Of a DNA stretch of 64,000 nt, positions 1 to 14,050 are shown one piece after another. The notes beneath the pieces were generated by a model. The model was given only the letters and a program-made list of their open reading frames with translations. It was not told where the DNA came from and ran no database searches. The first letter of the stretch is position 1. Each line of letters opens with the position of its first letter. This DNA comes from the human T2T-CHM13v2.0 reference genome, Homo sapiens. The stretch lies in assembly GCF_009914755.1 (NCBI RefSeq), contig NC_060931.1; one strand, given 5' to 3'. The translations under genes and the position numbers were made by a program.

Positions 1-344
1 AGCACCATCGCTTCAAATCATTATAGTTTGAAATATGTTACTGTCTTGCACATGGCAAACACATGGCTCAGTTTATGCCCATCTTTTGCCTATGTGTAAA
101 TTTATCTGCATCTGGAGTAAATGTGAAGTTTTATGGGCAAGAGTAACTAAGCTGAAACATACCATTATCCTGCCAAGAGACTAGAAGATATTTGATTGTA
201 TCTCTGCCAAAGAGCTTCAAAATACCCATCCCCCCTACCTCTTTTACCCTCCGTTCCACAACATACACAGCCCGCAAGCAGGAAGAGAGTAAAAGAGCCA
301 TACAAATCTAACAAACAAACTGATAAAGTGTTTATTTCCTCCTC

Positions 345-424
345 ACATGTAATATCAGTTATTCCAGATATGTTTCCTAACTTTACATGTAACATCAGTT
401 ATTCCAGGTATGTTTCCTAACTTT
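345..424. repeat. 40-bp tandem duplication (2 copies, 2 mismatches)
   Basis: acatgtaa(t/c)atcagttattccag(a/g)tatgtttcctaacttt occurs twice in tandem. Confidence 0.9.
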
Positions 425-1454
425 ACTTTTTATCTGCCACTAGGCATCATTTAGTATCTTCTGGATGAGCTTATTGATGTGTGCATTTCCCCCCTGGCAG
501 GCTTATGCAGACATATGCTCCTCTGCCATCTTGTAATCAGTGTGGTTTCAGGAAGGTCTCAGATTTCATGATTTAATTCTCTTTGCATTATAGGAAAAAA
601 ATTTGGGGGGATTAAGTAAATTTTGCTTTCTCTTGGGACTGAAGCAAGGTTGCTCTAGGTCCATCATCATGTATAATGCATCAACTGCCTTAATGGCATT
701 GTTAAGATTGCAAGTGGTCTTAACTCTGTATCCTGAGGAAAATATGTTGGCCCATTGCCAGTTTATACAGGTCAGGTGTCTTAGTGCTGGAAGAAAGGAA
801 AAATGAAAAGTGACAGCTGCTGTCAGCATGAGTTCTGTTCCTAAGCTCTGTTTGTAACCTATTTGAGTAGAAAGTCCTTTATTTTCTTTCTGGTATAAGA
901 TTTTTTTTCCCCCAGTTAACTATCTAAAGAGTTATTTCATCTGTTAATGTTCAAGATGTTATCTATAAACTTAAAAGACATATTCAGCCATAAGTTTTTT
1001 TAAAAATCAAAGTAGCACTAACTGATGATATTTCCATGTATGGAACTAATTAGCTATTTTATAATAGAATTTACTATTTTAATTCTAATTATAGAACTAA
1101 CCTTTTCATTATAGAATGTCTTTTCCAAATCTACTCTTGCAATTTTTTTGAAACTAGAGTGAACTATTACAGTAATTATAATTGAACAGAAAGTAGTAGA
1201 AATACTGTTTTTGATTTTAAACTGGTTTGAAGCAAAAAAAAAAAATCACAAATTATTCCCTTGGTGTTGTCATAAGCTACAATTATTTTCCTATTCATTA
1301 ATAAAAATACCTTAGTTTCCAGTGAATAAGGTGTGGCCACTATAAAATCAGAAAAGGTAATAAAGACCAGAGAATATATACTATTGGTATTGAGTGGTTT
1401 GAGTGTTTACAGCCTTTTTGAAGGAGGATAATTGATCAGTGCTACATTTGATGT

Positions 1455-1787
1455 TTTTTGTTTTGTTTTGTTTCTTTTTTTCTTTCTTTTTGTTGTTGTT
1501 GTTTGTTTGTTTTGAGACAGGGTCTCACTCTATCTCCCAGGCTGGAGTGCAGTGGCGCAGTCTTGGCTCGCTGCAGACTCAGAGTCCCAGGCTCAAGTGA
1601 TTTTGCCACCTGAGTCCTAAAAGTAGCTGGGACTACAGGTGCATGTCATCATGCCCGGCTAATTTTTGTATTTTTAGTGGAGATGGGGTTTCACCACGTT
1701 ACCCAGGCTGGTCTCAAATTCAAGTGATCTACCTGCCTCAGTCTCCCAAAGTGTTGAGATTACAGGCATGAGCCACTGCATCTGGCC
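1455..1787 (-). mobile_element. Alu (old J/S type)
   Basis: T-rich tail, gagacagggtctcact...gagccactgcatctggcc; TSD acatttgat. Confidence 0.92.
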
Positions 1788-1984
1788 ACATTTGATATTT
1801 TATCATAACACTATTTTCTTTGCACCTATGAGGTAGAAAAAGAGCAGATGGACTTGATTTTCCCCATAGCCACTCATAAAAACTCAGGCATGTGGAGTTT
1901 AAGTGGCTGGAAAGCTGACATGAGAGATTTACAGTGGAATAGAAAAAAAGCCATAATTCTCAGATACTCAATGTGTGTTCTCAA

Positions 1985-2460
1985 CCCTCATTTATTCAAT
2001 AGACATGAGTTGAGTGCTTGCCAGGGGCCAGTGACAGGGATATAGCTATAAACAACAGATGATGCATTTCTTGCCCTCATGAAGCTTGTCCTTTAGTAGG
2101 AGAGACAGGCATGATGCAGGCAACTACTGAGAACTCTTTGTAAATGATAGAAATGATAAGTGTTGAAAAGAATTACATGTTGCTCTGAGGGCACTTGCTG
2201 GGAGACCTGACCTCATCTGGTTGGTCAGGGAAGACTTTCTTGAGGAAATGATATTATTTCCAAAGTTCAAAAAATAACAGGTGAATGAAATGGGAGCAGA
2301 ACAACTTTTCAGGTAGTCAAATCAGCATGTGCAAAGGCCAGAGGCCTTGATGCAGGATCTTGGTGTGTGAAAGGGGCAGAAAGAAACCAGAGAAGGTGGA
2401 CAGAATAAGAGGTGGAGCAAGTGCACAGGAAGAAAAGGGATGAAAGTAGGAGGATGGTAT
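1985..2460. mobile_element. L2 fragment
   Basis: tcatttattcaatagacat...gagtgcttgccagg...gcatgtgcaaaggcc, typical L2 3' region. Confidence 0.6.
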
Positions 2461-3887
2461 TTGACCAGAGCCTCAACTCAGAAGAATCAGGTACAATGTA
2501 AAGGAAATCAGACTAACAGTGTTTTTGGACTTCCTACATTGGTCACTTTTTGCCTTCGTTTTCTCTTCTCTTGAAAATCTGGAAATTATTTTCTAACTCT
2601 GTGGATGGCAGAGTGGTTGCTTTGGTAATTCTGAGTGGGGTTAATAGGTATTCCACATAGCAATTAGATTTTTGGACAGAGTAAATGCTATTTTCTTGAA
2701 GTCCTGCTGTCTTTCTGATTAAATAAAAAAAATAAACTTCTTGAATTGTGTTAACAAATGGTACCCATTTTTTGGTTGTTATTTTTAACTCCAGGACATA
2801 TCTGTGGTTTGAGGACAGTAAAGCTTAGAGACCATGAATATTGTGAGGGCTAGAAGGACCTAAACTCAAATCCTGACTTTGCCAGTTAATATACGTACGT
2901 CCTTAGACAATTTACTTATGCCTCCTATACTTCATTTTCCTCCTCTGTTAAACAAGACAAACATGTAGCTCAGAGCTTTGGGTGTGGGAAATACTCCATA
3001 AATATTAGTTCTGATATCATTATTGAGGTAAAGTGGCAATTTGTACAGAATTTCTGGCAAAGTCTTTGGTGGCTTCTACCCATTCTTACTGCTAGTTTCT
3101 GATTCCACTCATGACAGGAAGCATGTCAGGATCACCAGCGGCAGTTCTTTACTTCCTGCTTTATAAGACAATTTTCTGTGCCTCTAGACTGTAAATTCCA
3201 TAAGAAGTTCCTCCAAGAGAAGCACCCACGGGAACTTGTACTATATTCTCAGCATTTAGCATAATATTTGTTCATAGAAGACAATAAGTATCTGCTGAAT
3301 GAAAAAAATAAGTGAAAGAATTAATCCAGGTATTAGAAAATTGAGTGGTTTCTCCTGTTCACCCAACAGTATGTCAGATGTGTAGGGGAAAGTACAGCCT
3401 GGACAGGTCTGGGAACGCATATTATTCCCCCTGCTATCAAAATATGCAGTGAATATAAACAGGAAAAATAAAAACTGATAGCCTTATAATCGGCTTGCCT
3501 GATGGTAAGCGCATCCTCCACACAGAGGCTCACATTCATGCGTTTTCTTTCTAAGGTATTTTAGAGCCACGTCTGATCAGTTTTAAATTTTAAGTCACCA
3601 AATATCAACAATTGGCCTGCGATAAAAATCTCTATAATCGTGAAATGTTTTAAACATGTTAAAAATTGTATAAAATACCTCAACAGACATCCACGTGTAG
3701 ATTTAACATAGTTCAGTGTTTTGCTATATTAGCTTTTAAATCTTTTCATGGTTTTAAAATCTACTAATTGTGTATCAGCATGTCTCCTGTTAGTTTTTAT
3801 TTTTATTCTTGCCTTGACTCTTTTACTTGATCAATCTTGTTAGAATTTTTTGTAAATACTCTCTCCCCACCCGCCCCCCACCCCCCC

Positions 3888-4170
3888 TTTTTTTAAAGAC
3901 AGGGTCTCACTCTGTTGCTCAGGCTGGAGTGCAGTGGTGCGATCATAGCTCACTGTAAACTCGAACTCCTAGCAGTACTTCTCCCTCAGTCTCCTGAGTA
4001 GCTGGGACTATAGGCATGTGCTGCCACACTAATTTTTTAATTTTTACTTTTAGTAGAGACCAGGTCTCACTATGTTTCCCAGACTGGTCTCGAACTCCTG
4101 ACCTCAAGCAATCCTCTCGCCTCAGCGTCCCAAAGTGCTGGGATTACAGGCATGAGTCATTGTGCCTGGC
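3888..4170 (-). mobile_element. AluJ-like, within old L1M fragments (~3800-4640)
   Basis: agacagggtctcactctgttgctcagg...atcatagctcactg...cccaaagtgctgggattacaggc. Confidence 0.88.
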
Positions 4171-4990
4171 TGAAAATACTTTTTTTTTTTTTTCCCCCAA
4201 AGAACCAGCTTTACTTTCTTTACCAAAATATATTTTTCAATAATTTCTGCTCTTACTTTTGTAATTTCCTTTTTTCTGCTCTGAAATTTCTGCTTTTCTT
4301 TTCATAATTCATTTAGTTAAATATTTAATTTGTTAATTACCAATCTTCTTTTCTATATGCATCTAAGAATTTAAAATTTACTCAAGTACCATTTTAGCAG
4401 CATCCTAAAGCTCTGCTACATAGTTTTTTTTTGCTGTTGTCCACACACACATATATATATATTCCATAACTTATACTATGACTTTATATGACTCATAAAT
4501 TATTTATATTTTTAGAAATAATATAATATTTTAAAAAATTGTATATTTGGTATTTTAAAAATTTCCAAACATATGAACATCTTTGTTGTTGGTTTTAAAT
4601 TCTATTCCTTTGTGGTAAGTGCAGTGTACAAGATATTGATTCTTTGGAAGTTGGCCTTGTATTTAAAAGAAAAGTAACCTGTGATTTTTTAAAACAGTTT
4701 GCAAATCATGGAACAAGAAGGGACTCTGGTGGTTCAACTCCCTTCTTGATTTATGGAAACATAAGTAACAGAAATAGTGAATGATCAGCTTATTCTCATA
4801 GAAACACTTGCTGGGAAAAAAAGCACTTTACTTTTTCATGCTTAGCATCACTTTTCATTAGATACAACCTTAAATATTAATTTGCTTTCCATGAAGGATA
4901 TTGTTTGAGACCTCTTTAGTAATCTGACTCTTTTTACCTGTTAATAAATCCTGGGCTAATCCAAAATCATTTATGCAGAGATAAAAATGA

Positions 4991-5395
<405 letters not shown>

Positions 5396-6362
5396 TGCAA
5401 CAGAATCTTTTAGCGGCCAGAAATTTTCTCTTTATCCTTCCTTCTTCAAAAAAGGAATGGAGGATAGAATTGAAGTGAAACTAAAGGAGGTTATGTTTAT
5501 GGTAAAAGTGGAGAAAAAACGATTTCCTTTTTTTCCTTACCTTAGACCCTCATATAGTTGTGTTTCCTTAAAAAAAAAAAAAAAGAAAACAACAACAAAC
5601 ATCTTTTTCAGATATGACAAAAGAAAATTCCTCCTGTATTTTAGGAATGCACAAATATGTTTTCTCTTTGTGCAACAATCATCTAGTCAGTTATGTTTTT
5701 TCCTGTTACTAGTCAAACATCAACTACAGAATAAGGTTTTAGGTAATTCACAGTCTTTATGCTAAAAAGTCCATATAGAGTAATGCATTTAAATTTTATT
5801 ATTCATAAAAAGGTACAATGATATAGTGGTTTCCTGGAAAGAGTTATAATTTCATGAGTTTGTAATTATATAGTAATTATATATTATGTGGTCCACATTG
5901 ATTTTCCATTCTCCCAATTTAGAACTACATCTCAGAGAATCTGATAAGCCCCCTCTCTGCATTACAGTAATCTGTTGCTGAGCATTTTGTGGGAACCTAA
6001 AATTTTTAGTAGTCTGATATTTGTTATATTAGTGGGTGTCTAATGATTACTTGACAGCTGCATATTAATTTCTCTCGACTATTCTGTTACAAATAAGCAA
6101 TTTAGGAAGCTGTGTTTGACTTAGTAAAATGGAATATTAAGTTTGCCATATTGTGTAAAAATAATGATGAGTATTTTAAAATAAAGAGATAGGAAACTAG
6201 AATGCTGGTTATAGGTAATTAAGATACAGGTTAATTTTATTAGATGAGTGATGCCATGGTAGACACCTCCAGTTTCTACCACTGAACCAAGCTTCTTAAA
6301 AGGAAAATCCCTGGATTGTGAATAAAAATTTACTTGGCTATGTATAAAGAGATGAATTATTT

Positions 6363-6560
6363 TACTGGTTTGAATAGTGTTCCCCAAAATTCACGACTCC
6401 TAGAACCCATGAGTATGACCTTATTTAGAAACAGAATCTTTTCAGTTGTAATCAAGTTAAGAGGAAGTCATGCTAGATTAGGGTGCGCCCTAATCCGATG
6501 GTTGGTGTCCTTACCAGAGAAAGGTATAGACATAGAGACACAGAGACAAACACAGAAAGT
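6363..6560 (+). mobile_element. MaLR (MLT1-type) LTR fragment
   Basis: ggtttgaatagtgttccccaaaattcac...gaccttatttagaaacagaatctt...gtaatcaagttaag. Confidence 0.75.
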
Positions 6561-7149
6561 TATGGCCCCTATATTTTATGGTGTTCACCATCTTTTAATA
6601 AGATTAACTCCTTCCTCATCACTTTTATTCCTATCCAGTGGTTTTCTACTGTCTTTCTTTTCCTTTCTTGTGGAAACTTTTGCTACAATAATATTCTTAC
6701 ACATCTTTTCCTCTCCGGTGGTAATCATGTATCTTTTAAATGAAATTATTCTTTTTCATCGGCTCGTTTTATTTCCTTTTAATTTTTTAAGTCCATAATA
6801 TGCCTAATCCTTTTGGTTTTTAAAATGTTTTTGATTGATACTACAAGATCCTAGTGCTCACCAATGAATGTTGAAATAGTACAGAGATTTTTAATGACTA
6901 TGTTGTTAGATGCTGTTTGAACATTTGTACCCTGGAATGGAGTGGCAAATATTAATACCCAAAGGTGTTAACCAGTAGTGTATATGAGAGTTAAGTTACC
7001 TGTGATAAGATGGGCAGTATGTGCCTTATTTAGCTTTAGCTGATTTTTGTCTTGCAGGAAAATGGAAAAGTGGTAATGGAGTCTTACTCTTAACAGATCT
7101 CTTAATTTTTAGGGGAAGATGGAAAATCCAAGTTCAACAACTCTGAAAG

Positions 7150-7520
7150 TCTGAAATTTTATCCTACTTACAAGTTAATAGGCATTAGCTTGCTGCAGTT
7201 TTATCTATGCCGGCAGAAGACAGGAAACTCCTGGGTCAGAGACGAAGGACTTCATTACTCTGGCATTGGCAATAGCCAGAATAGCAACATTTTCTTACCC
7301 TGGTATCTTGAGCCTTAATTCCCAGAGGGTAACAGAGGAAAGGGCCGGCTAACCTGAGCACACAGTGCATTGTGTTACAACAAAGAAATTCCGAATTTAG
7401 GAAACCTGAATCCTTTATAGTGGGAAGTAAACATGCCTGCCCTTTGCTTTGAAGGGAGATTGTCTCCATCTTCCAAAGCTGTTCCCTATGCAAACATCAT
7501 TGAAAGGATAGTCCAGAAGA
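7150..7520. mobile_element. Old ERV LTR fragment (family not determined)
   Basis: actcctgggtcagagacgaaggacttcattactc and cctttgctttgaagggaga resemble LTR consensus segments. Confidence 0.5.
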
Positions 7521-7879
7521 ATCTCAGACATTAAGGGGTTCTAGATACTTATTATAGTGAAATATTACTGAGTAATCTTTCAGAATTCATTTCCATATGT
7601 AACATTAAATATTACATTTTAATCATTTAAATTAAGCCTGATGATGTAGGGTAGTTGTATTTTTAAGGCTTTTGAAAACCTATAGTGCTAAGTTAAAGTC
7701 TAGGAAGTATTCATTTGTATTCTTGGTCTTATACTTTTATATTTCATAGATCCATATACTAACAAAATGAATTTTGAGGATCAACATAGGGTTGCCATTT
7801 CTTCTATTTTGCCATATATGAAAACAACCCTCTCAAAACATCTAAATACTATTACTATTGCTACCAATTTTAAAAAAAT

Positions 7880-8145
7880 GAACCTAACCACTAATGCAAT
7901 ATGGCACTATGGATTGGATCCTGGAATGGAAAGAAAAAATTAAAGGAAAAACTGGTGAAGTCTAAATGTTCAGAGTCTAGTAAATGGTAATATACCAATG
8001 TCAGTTACTTGGTTTTGACAAATATACTAAAGAAATATAAGATATTAACAATGGGAAAACCTGGGTGATATACTATACTTCTCTATACCATCTTTGCAAC
8101 TTTTCTGTGTATCAGAATTATTCCAAAATAAGTCTATTTAAAAAA
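7880..8145 (+). mobile_element. L1MC-type 3' end fragment
   Basis: ggattggatcctggaa...aaaactggtgaa...tctttgcaacttttctgtg...attattccaaaataa. Confidence 0.7.
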
Positions 8146-8611
8146 GGAAAACAGTTGATATTTTAAATAATAAAGGTAAGGAAGTAAACATAGAACAAAT
8201 GACAGTTTTTCAAAAATTAAATACATTTAGCTTTATGAAAAATTAAGTACACTGTACTTATTTTTATTTTTTTGACAGGAACTGATAAAGATTTTGAGAT
8301 GCATTAGTATAGATTCATGGATTATTGGCATTTGGGAACCATGTGATAGCCTCACTTAATTTTAATTTACTGTAAATGAGAGGAAATAATCTTTTCACTT
8401 TTCTTAGCCTTTAGAATCAGATACTTTTAGAATCAATTATACTCTGTACCTGACCAGATATTTAGCCTATGTCCTTTTTGTGAATCCAGTCTGATTCTGT
8501 ACAGTCACAGGTTATGAGTTTTAATCGGGATAGGTTGGTGGATCATCTTTAACATAAAATTTAGCTTTTTTAAGAATTTCCATTATGCAGCTGGCCCTAA
8601 GGAGACTTACT

Positions 8612-8764
8612 TTGTTATTTGTTTATTTTCTTATTTTAATTTGTATTAGAGATGCGGTCTCACTATGTTGCTCAGACTTGTCTTGAACTCCTGGCCTCAA
8701 GTGATCTCCCTCCTTGGCCTTCTAAAGTGGTGGGATTACAGGTGTAAGCCACCATGCCCAGCCT
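8612..8764 (-). mobile_element. Alu monomer (FLAM-like)
   Basis: Single arm; TSD aaggagacttac. Confidence 0.85.
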
Positions 8765-9013
8765 CCCAAGGAGACTTACAACTGGGAAGGTGGAGTAAAG
8801 ATTGGAGGAGGGCAGGTTCCTGATGTTGATGCCAGTCGAGAGGGAGTTGAGACCAGGCAAGAAATGTGGTTTTGGTAGGAAAGCACCTGGTGGAACAGAC
8901 TGCAGCCATGCAGCCACCAATGTGTCAGGACAGTGTATACCCTTGGGGGGAATCTAGGATGCAGTAGGGTTCAAGGACAGGCCGTTAGTTCCTGCAAGGT
9001 GGTATCAGCTAGA

Positions 9014-10701
9014 GCAGAGGTTCCCAACTATGGTAGCATATTGGAATCATCTGGGCAGATTTTTAAAATACCCAGGTCCCACCCTCTAGAGATTCTGGCG
9101 CAGTTGGTATGGGGTGAGGCTGTGAATTTTTTAAAAGAGCTTCCCATGTGTTACAATATGCTGCCAGGTTGGCAACTACTGTGCTAGGGTGGGGTGAGAA
9201 AGGGTCCCACTTGTGGAAGAGGGTGACTGGCATGAGCTTCCCAAACTGCATGGCAGAAGGCTGGTTCTAGGACCAGTGCCCATGGAGGGGGAGAAGGCTA
9301 TGATTCAGTGAACAGAGCAGGAGAACAAGAGTTGCAGGGGCGGGTGTTTGGATCTGGAGGTGCCTACACTGGCCCTGACCCTTTTAGCATGACCAAACCA
9401 TTCCTATCTGCCTGTGACTTTCATAGATGTAGCACTGAAATACCAGTATCCTGGGAAACCCCTTTGTCCCAGGCAAACTGGAAGTTTGGTTATTCTAGCC
9501 CCTTTGATCCAGGCCAAAGCATCCTGCATGATATCCTATGACCAGCACCAACAAAAATACAGCTCTGCCCTTCCTTGATATTCTTATCTCACCTTTTACC
9601 TTCCATTATGTTTCTGATAAAGCCAACTCTTTTTTGGGAAACAAGAAACAGAGTGGAGTACTACATTCTGTATCAGGAAGGGTCAGCTCAGGAACTAGTG
9701 TAAGATTTCAGTGAGCTTAGCAGTGAGGAGCTTCAGAATCAGAAACAGGAGTAGTGTAAAGCAGTTGTTCTCAAACTTTAGAATGCAGTAAAATCACCTG
9801 AAGGTTTGGCTGAATCACAGGTGGGTAGGCTGCATCCTCCGAGCTTCTGAGGAAGTCTATAGGGAGGCTTGAGAAATTTGCATTTCTAACAAGCTGATGC
9901 TTTTGGTCTGCAAACCACTCTTTGAGAACCACTGGTGTAAATAACCTTGACTTTGTAGCAGGCATACCTGGGTGTGGATGATCTCTCTCAGTCTATGGTT
10001 TCTCACTTGTAAAAGGGGGGAAATAATACTCACCTCATCAGTCATCATGAACTATCACATAATTCACTAAAAAGGATGTCCAGGATATGGTAGATACTTC
10101 CATTCTCTGAAAGATCTTTCTGTATCCTTTGCATGGGGACAGTTTGGTATTGAATATTTTTAGAGTTAACAATTCCAGATTTGATCATCAAAATCATGTA
10201 GAGGAACTTTTTACAACTATAAGAAACCTGGGGCCCTACCTCCTTGGAGATTCTGATTCAGCAGGCCTGAGGGAAGGCCCGGGCATCAGTTGGTTTAGAA
10301 AGCCTACCATGGTACTTCTGAGAGTCAGTTCTGGGAACTGCTATTTTGAGGAGCATTTCTCTTGTACAAGGGTTCTCAAGCACTGAATTTGTATTCAGTC
10401 ATTTGGAGGATTTTAAAAGATGCTGATGCCTGGACCCCAGAGATTGTGATTTAGATGGTTGGGAGTAAGTCATGGGCATTGGAATTTAAAAGCTCCCGGG
10501 TGATTCTGAAGTGCAACCAAGGTTGAGAACCTCCCCTCTAGGGTATTCCTGGAACAAGAAAAACACGGAGTATTTGTTACAATGCAGATTCTTAGGTCTT
10601 ACCTCAGAGCTGCCTGCACAAACTCTCTGGGCAAGAGACAGTATCTGCATTATAAATTGATGTCTTGAATTGTTATTCTTAACAAAGTTTGAGAATCACA
10701 G
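9014..10701. mobile_element. Cluster of about five MER5A/MER5B hAT-Charlie MITEs (~9014-9181, 9761-9935, 10172-10342, 10367-10534, 10540-10701)
   Basis: Termini gttctcaaact...tttgagaaccactg; internal gaatcacctg and agattctgattcag motifs. Confidence 0.75.
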
Positions 10702-11919
10702 CTCAAGGGACATTATAGCATCCCTGAATATTGCCTGACTACACCTCCCTCACCTGTTTATATAGCACTTTACAGTGTACTTTACATTGTTATCTCATGG
10801 AATCTCCTGCATATCCTTATGAAACAGCTGGAGTAGATGTTATCTCTAGTTAATTGGTGAGGAATTGGATATTCAGGGAGGTTTTCTCTCCAGTAGCACG
10901 TGTGGGTATATAAACATAAATCAGGCAAATGTGCTTCTCTGAAAGGAGACAATAGCCTATTGGAGAAGTAAGACAGAAACAGGCATTCAGGTAGGAAGAG
11001 GTTGCAGTATGGTTGAAAAATACTATGAAAATTCAGAGAAGGAGGGGTTAGCAGGAAGTCATTTATGAGAAGGGAATTTGAGAAGGCTATTTGGAGGAGG
11101 TGGTTCTGGCCCATTTTAGAGCTGTCAAAGTCTAGTTTCCTTTGAGGAGCTTGATAGAGGGCATGTGACTATGGCTTTACAGCTGTGCTCCAATTGTTTC
11201 TCTTTATTAGGTTTTCCTCATTTTATGGCCCAGGCTGTGTAACTTCCTTTGTGTTATCATCTTGTCATATTTATAATAAATTCTATTTTTCCTTTGAGAT
11301 TTTGCTATCTGTTTAATAAAAATGTGGTATGTCTTTGAATTTTATAAATAAATGATTATTTTGATGTTCCTAGAATAAAAAATTACAATAAATTTTTCTC
11401 CCATTAGGAAGATAAACCAATAATAGACATATAAACTATCGTCTTCATTTTTATAGAGGTAGATTTTTTTTAGCTATAACTATGTAGCTAAAAATAAACG
11501 TTTGTACTTTTATGGCTATGTTATTAGATCAAGGAGTATGAAGAAAGTTTCAAGGACAATGGATTTATTTCTGGAACAAAAGAGACAATAAGGAATAAAG
11601 CTATGACTGGCTGTCTGATAAAGAGCCCAACTCTGATAGGAAAAGCCCAAAAGGCTTTTCTCTTTTCCTGCAACATCTGTCTCAGATTATTGTATATAAT
11701 ACTTACTTCCATATAGCATACTTTTGACTTTTCTTCAAAAGTCATATGAAGACATGGAGAACCTTTATAATTGATAAGATTTGAGAAAGTTGGTTTGTTA
11801 GTGGTCTTTACTGAAATAGATAATTTTTAAGTAAAATGCAGTTTATGATTTTCAAATGCAGTGTATATTCTAAAACATGTAAGTGCAAAAAATACAATTA
11901 TATCTGTCCCATTAGTTAT

Positions 11920-12455
11920 TAAAATTTAAAATACACCTATTCTTTGACCTCCCAGGTCCATGTCTAGTACTCTATCCTGCATATATACTGATAGAAGTGC
12001 GCAGGAATATATGAAAGGATGTTTGTTGCAACATTATGACAGCAAAAAAGGAGATTATCTAAATGTCCATTAGTACAGGACTGTTTAAATGAATTCTGGT
12101 TCACCCCCGTAATGGAATAGTATGCCATCATTGGAAAAAATACTGTATTGATGTAGAAGGATGCCAAGCTTACCTTAAGAAAAAGAAAGTCAAGTGGCTG
12201 AACAGTGTACACAGTATAAAACTATTTGTGAAGTGAAAAGGATATATGGATATATGTGTATGTGTGTATGTATGCATCTACTTGAATGTACATAGACTAT
12301 TCTTGGCATGGTACACAAAATGTGTCAAAAATGCTTACCATTTAGAAGGCATCTACAGCTTGAATAGTATATGTGAAGGGAGTATTTTTATTCTTCACTA
12401 TGTACCCTTTCAATTCTTAGAATTTTTGCACCACATGTGTATTATTTTAAAATAA
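11920..12455 (+). mobile_element. L1ME-type 3' fragment
   Basis: aggatgtttgttgcaacatt...aaatgtccattag...atggaatagtatgc. Confidence 0.6.
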
Positions 12456-13684
12456 CACATAAAATAATTATTTACAAAATAAAATATTAAATTTATATTT
12501 AATAATATAGTTTATATAAATTAAGAAAGCCCTTTAACAGCCTAACTCTTGGACTAAAAAACATTTCTAGGCATGTTAAAGGAAATAAAAGCTTCATTAC
12601 TTCTTAGTTTAAATAATTATTGACTTATGATTAATAGTCCCTGAAAAATATTACAGCACAAAAATGAACTTTCACCATTATTGCTAATAATTACATATAC
12701 CACCAGTTGAGACCTCAAGATTTGAATTGTAGTAATGCAAATTGAGATTTTTTTTTTCCCCTGGTGTTTATGCCTCTGCTGAAGTGTCATGGAAACATTT
12801 AATAATGATTCAACCATATTGAGCTCTTTGCTTCATTTGCCACGTTAGGCTTTTGTGCAGATGCATCCTGATCATCTGCTATTTTTGGCTTGACTCCTAT
12901 TTTTTTCAAATCAGAGATTAGTGAAATATTGTTTTCCATTATTGAATCATCTATATAACTCTCCCCAATATAATGGAGGAATGCTTTTAAAAAATGAATT
13001 ATTTGTCCTTTTTATGATTTAATATAACATGTTTCCAGAGTTGCGTTTTTGAAGAAAACTGTAGTAATTTATAAAATAGTATGCTTTGACATTGACATGT
13101 ATTCTCATGACTATCAATTTCCATTGTTTTCTAGTCTGATACCATAATTCTCGAGAATTTTTTTTGTTTCTACTTCTCTTTATTTATCTTTGTTTCTACT
13201 ATCTTCATGTGTTACTGTTCACTATGAGGCTCAGACTTCTAAGAGAAGAAGGTCTGATTCGGTTAGTCACTGTCCAATATAAGGAAACACTTATAGACAG
13301 AGTTCTGTCTTTATCAGGTCATCTGTTGACTGTTGACCTTTTATGCCTGGCCAACACAAAGCTAGAACTTTGATCTCTGATCCAATCCGATGTATCCAGG
13401 AAATCACGGGCATCTAAGTGATAACATCCTCTCATACACTCAGAATCTGATCTGTGGACTGTTCACCAGTCCAACAGCCCAACACACATTATTGTAACTT
13501 TTGTTAAATTTACTCTTAGCCCTGATGACAAAGTAGAATACAACACAACAGAATAAAAGAATAAACCAGCCTAGGGGAAAGTTTAGATTTGCCTTGCATA
13601 ACTCACAGGTTCGAGGTTCAACATTGGGGATAGGACACAGGCCTTGTATCCACATAAAGTTTTCATCCCTACTTGGCAACTCCC

Positions 13685-14050
13685 CAGGTAGACAACCATA
13701 ATCTCAGAGATTGTGGTTCCTATGTAGAAGAGGGATAAGAATATTTCTTTGTAGGATTGATATGAAGATTTAGTGTGATTGTGTATGTAAATTGAGTAGA
13801 ACAGTAACAGACACAGTAATTATAATAGCAGCAAACACTTGTTGAGTACTTCCTATGAGCCAAGCATTACTCTAAACTCTTTATGTCTATTAGCTCATGT
13901 AATCCTCATAACAGCCCTATGAGATAATTATCTCCAATTGACAGATGAGAAAATGGAGGCACGGGCAGTCTCTGTAATTTGTTTAAGATTACACAGCTGG
14001 TAAGGGAAGGCGCCAATAGCTCACATTGTTAACATCTACACTACACTGGT
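13685..14050. mobile_element. MIR fragments
   Basis: taatcctcataacagccctatgag...acagatgagaaaatggaggcac MIR core. Confidence 0.7.

Noticed and set aside
6334-6798. 154-aa ORF with a hydrophobic C-terminus
   Set aside because: Non-ATG start; the front half lies in an MLT1 LTR and the rest is T-rich low-complexity sequence. It also shows that long ORFs can arise by chance here.
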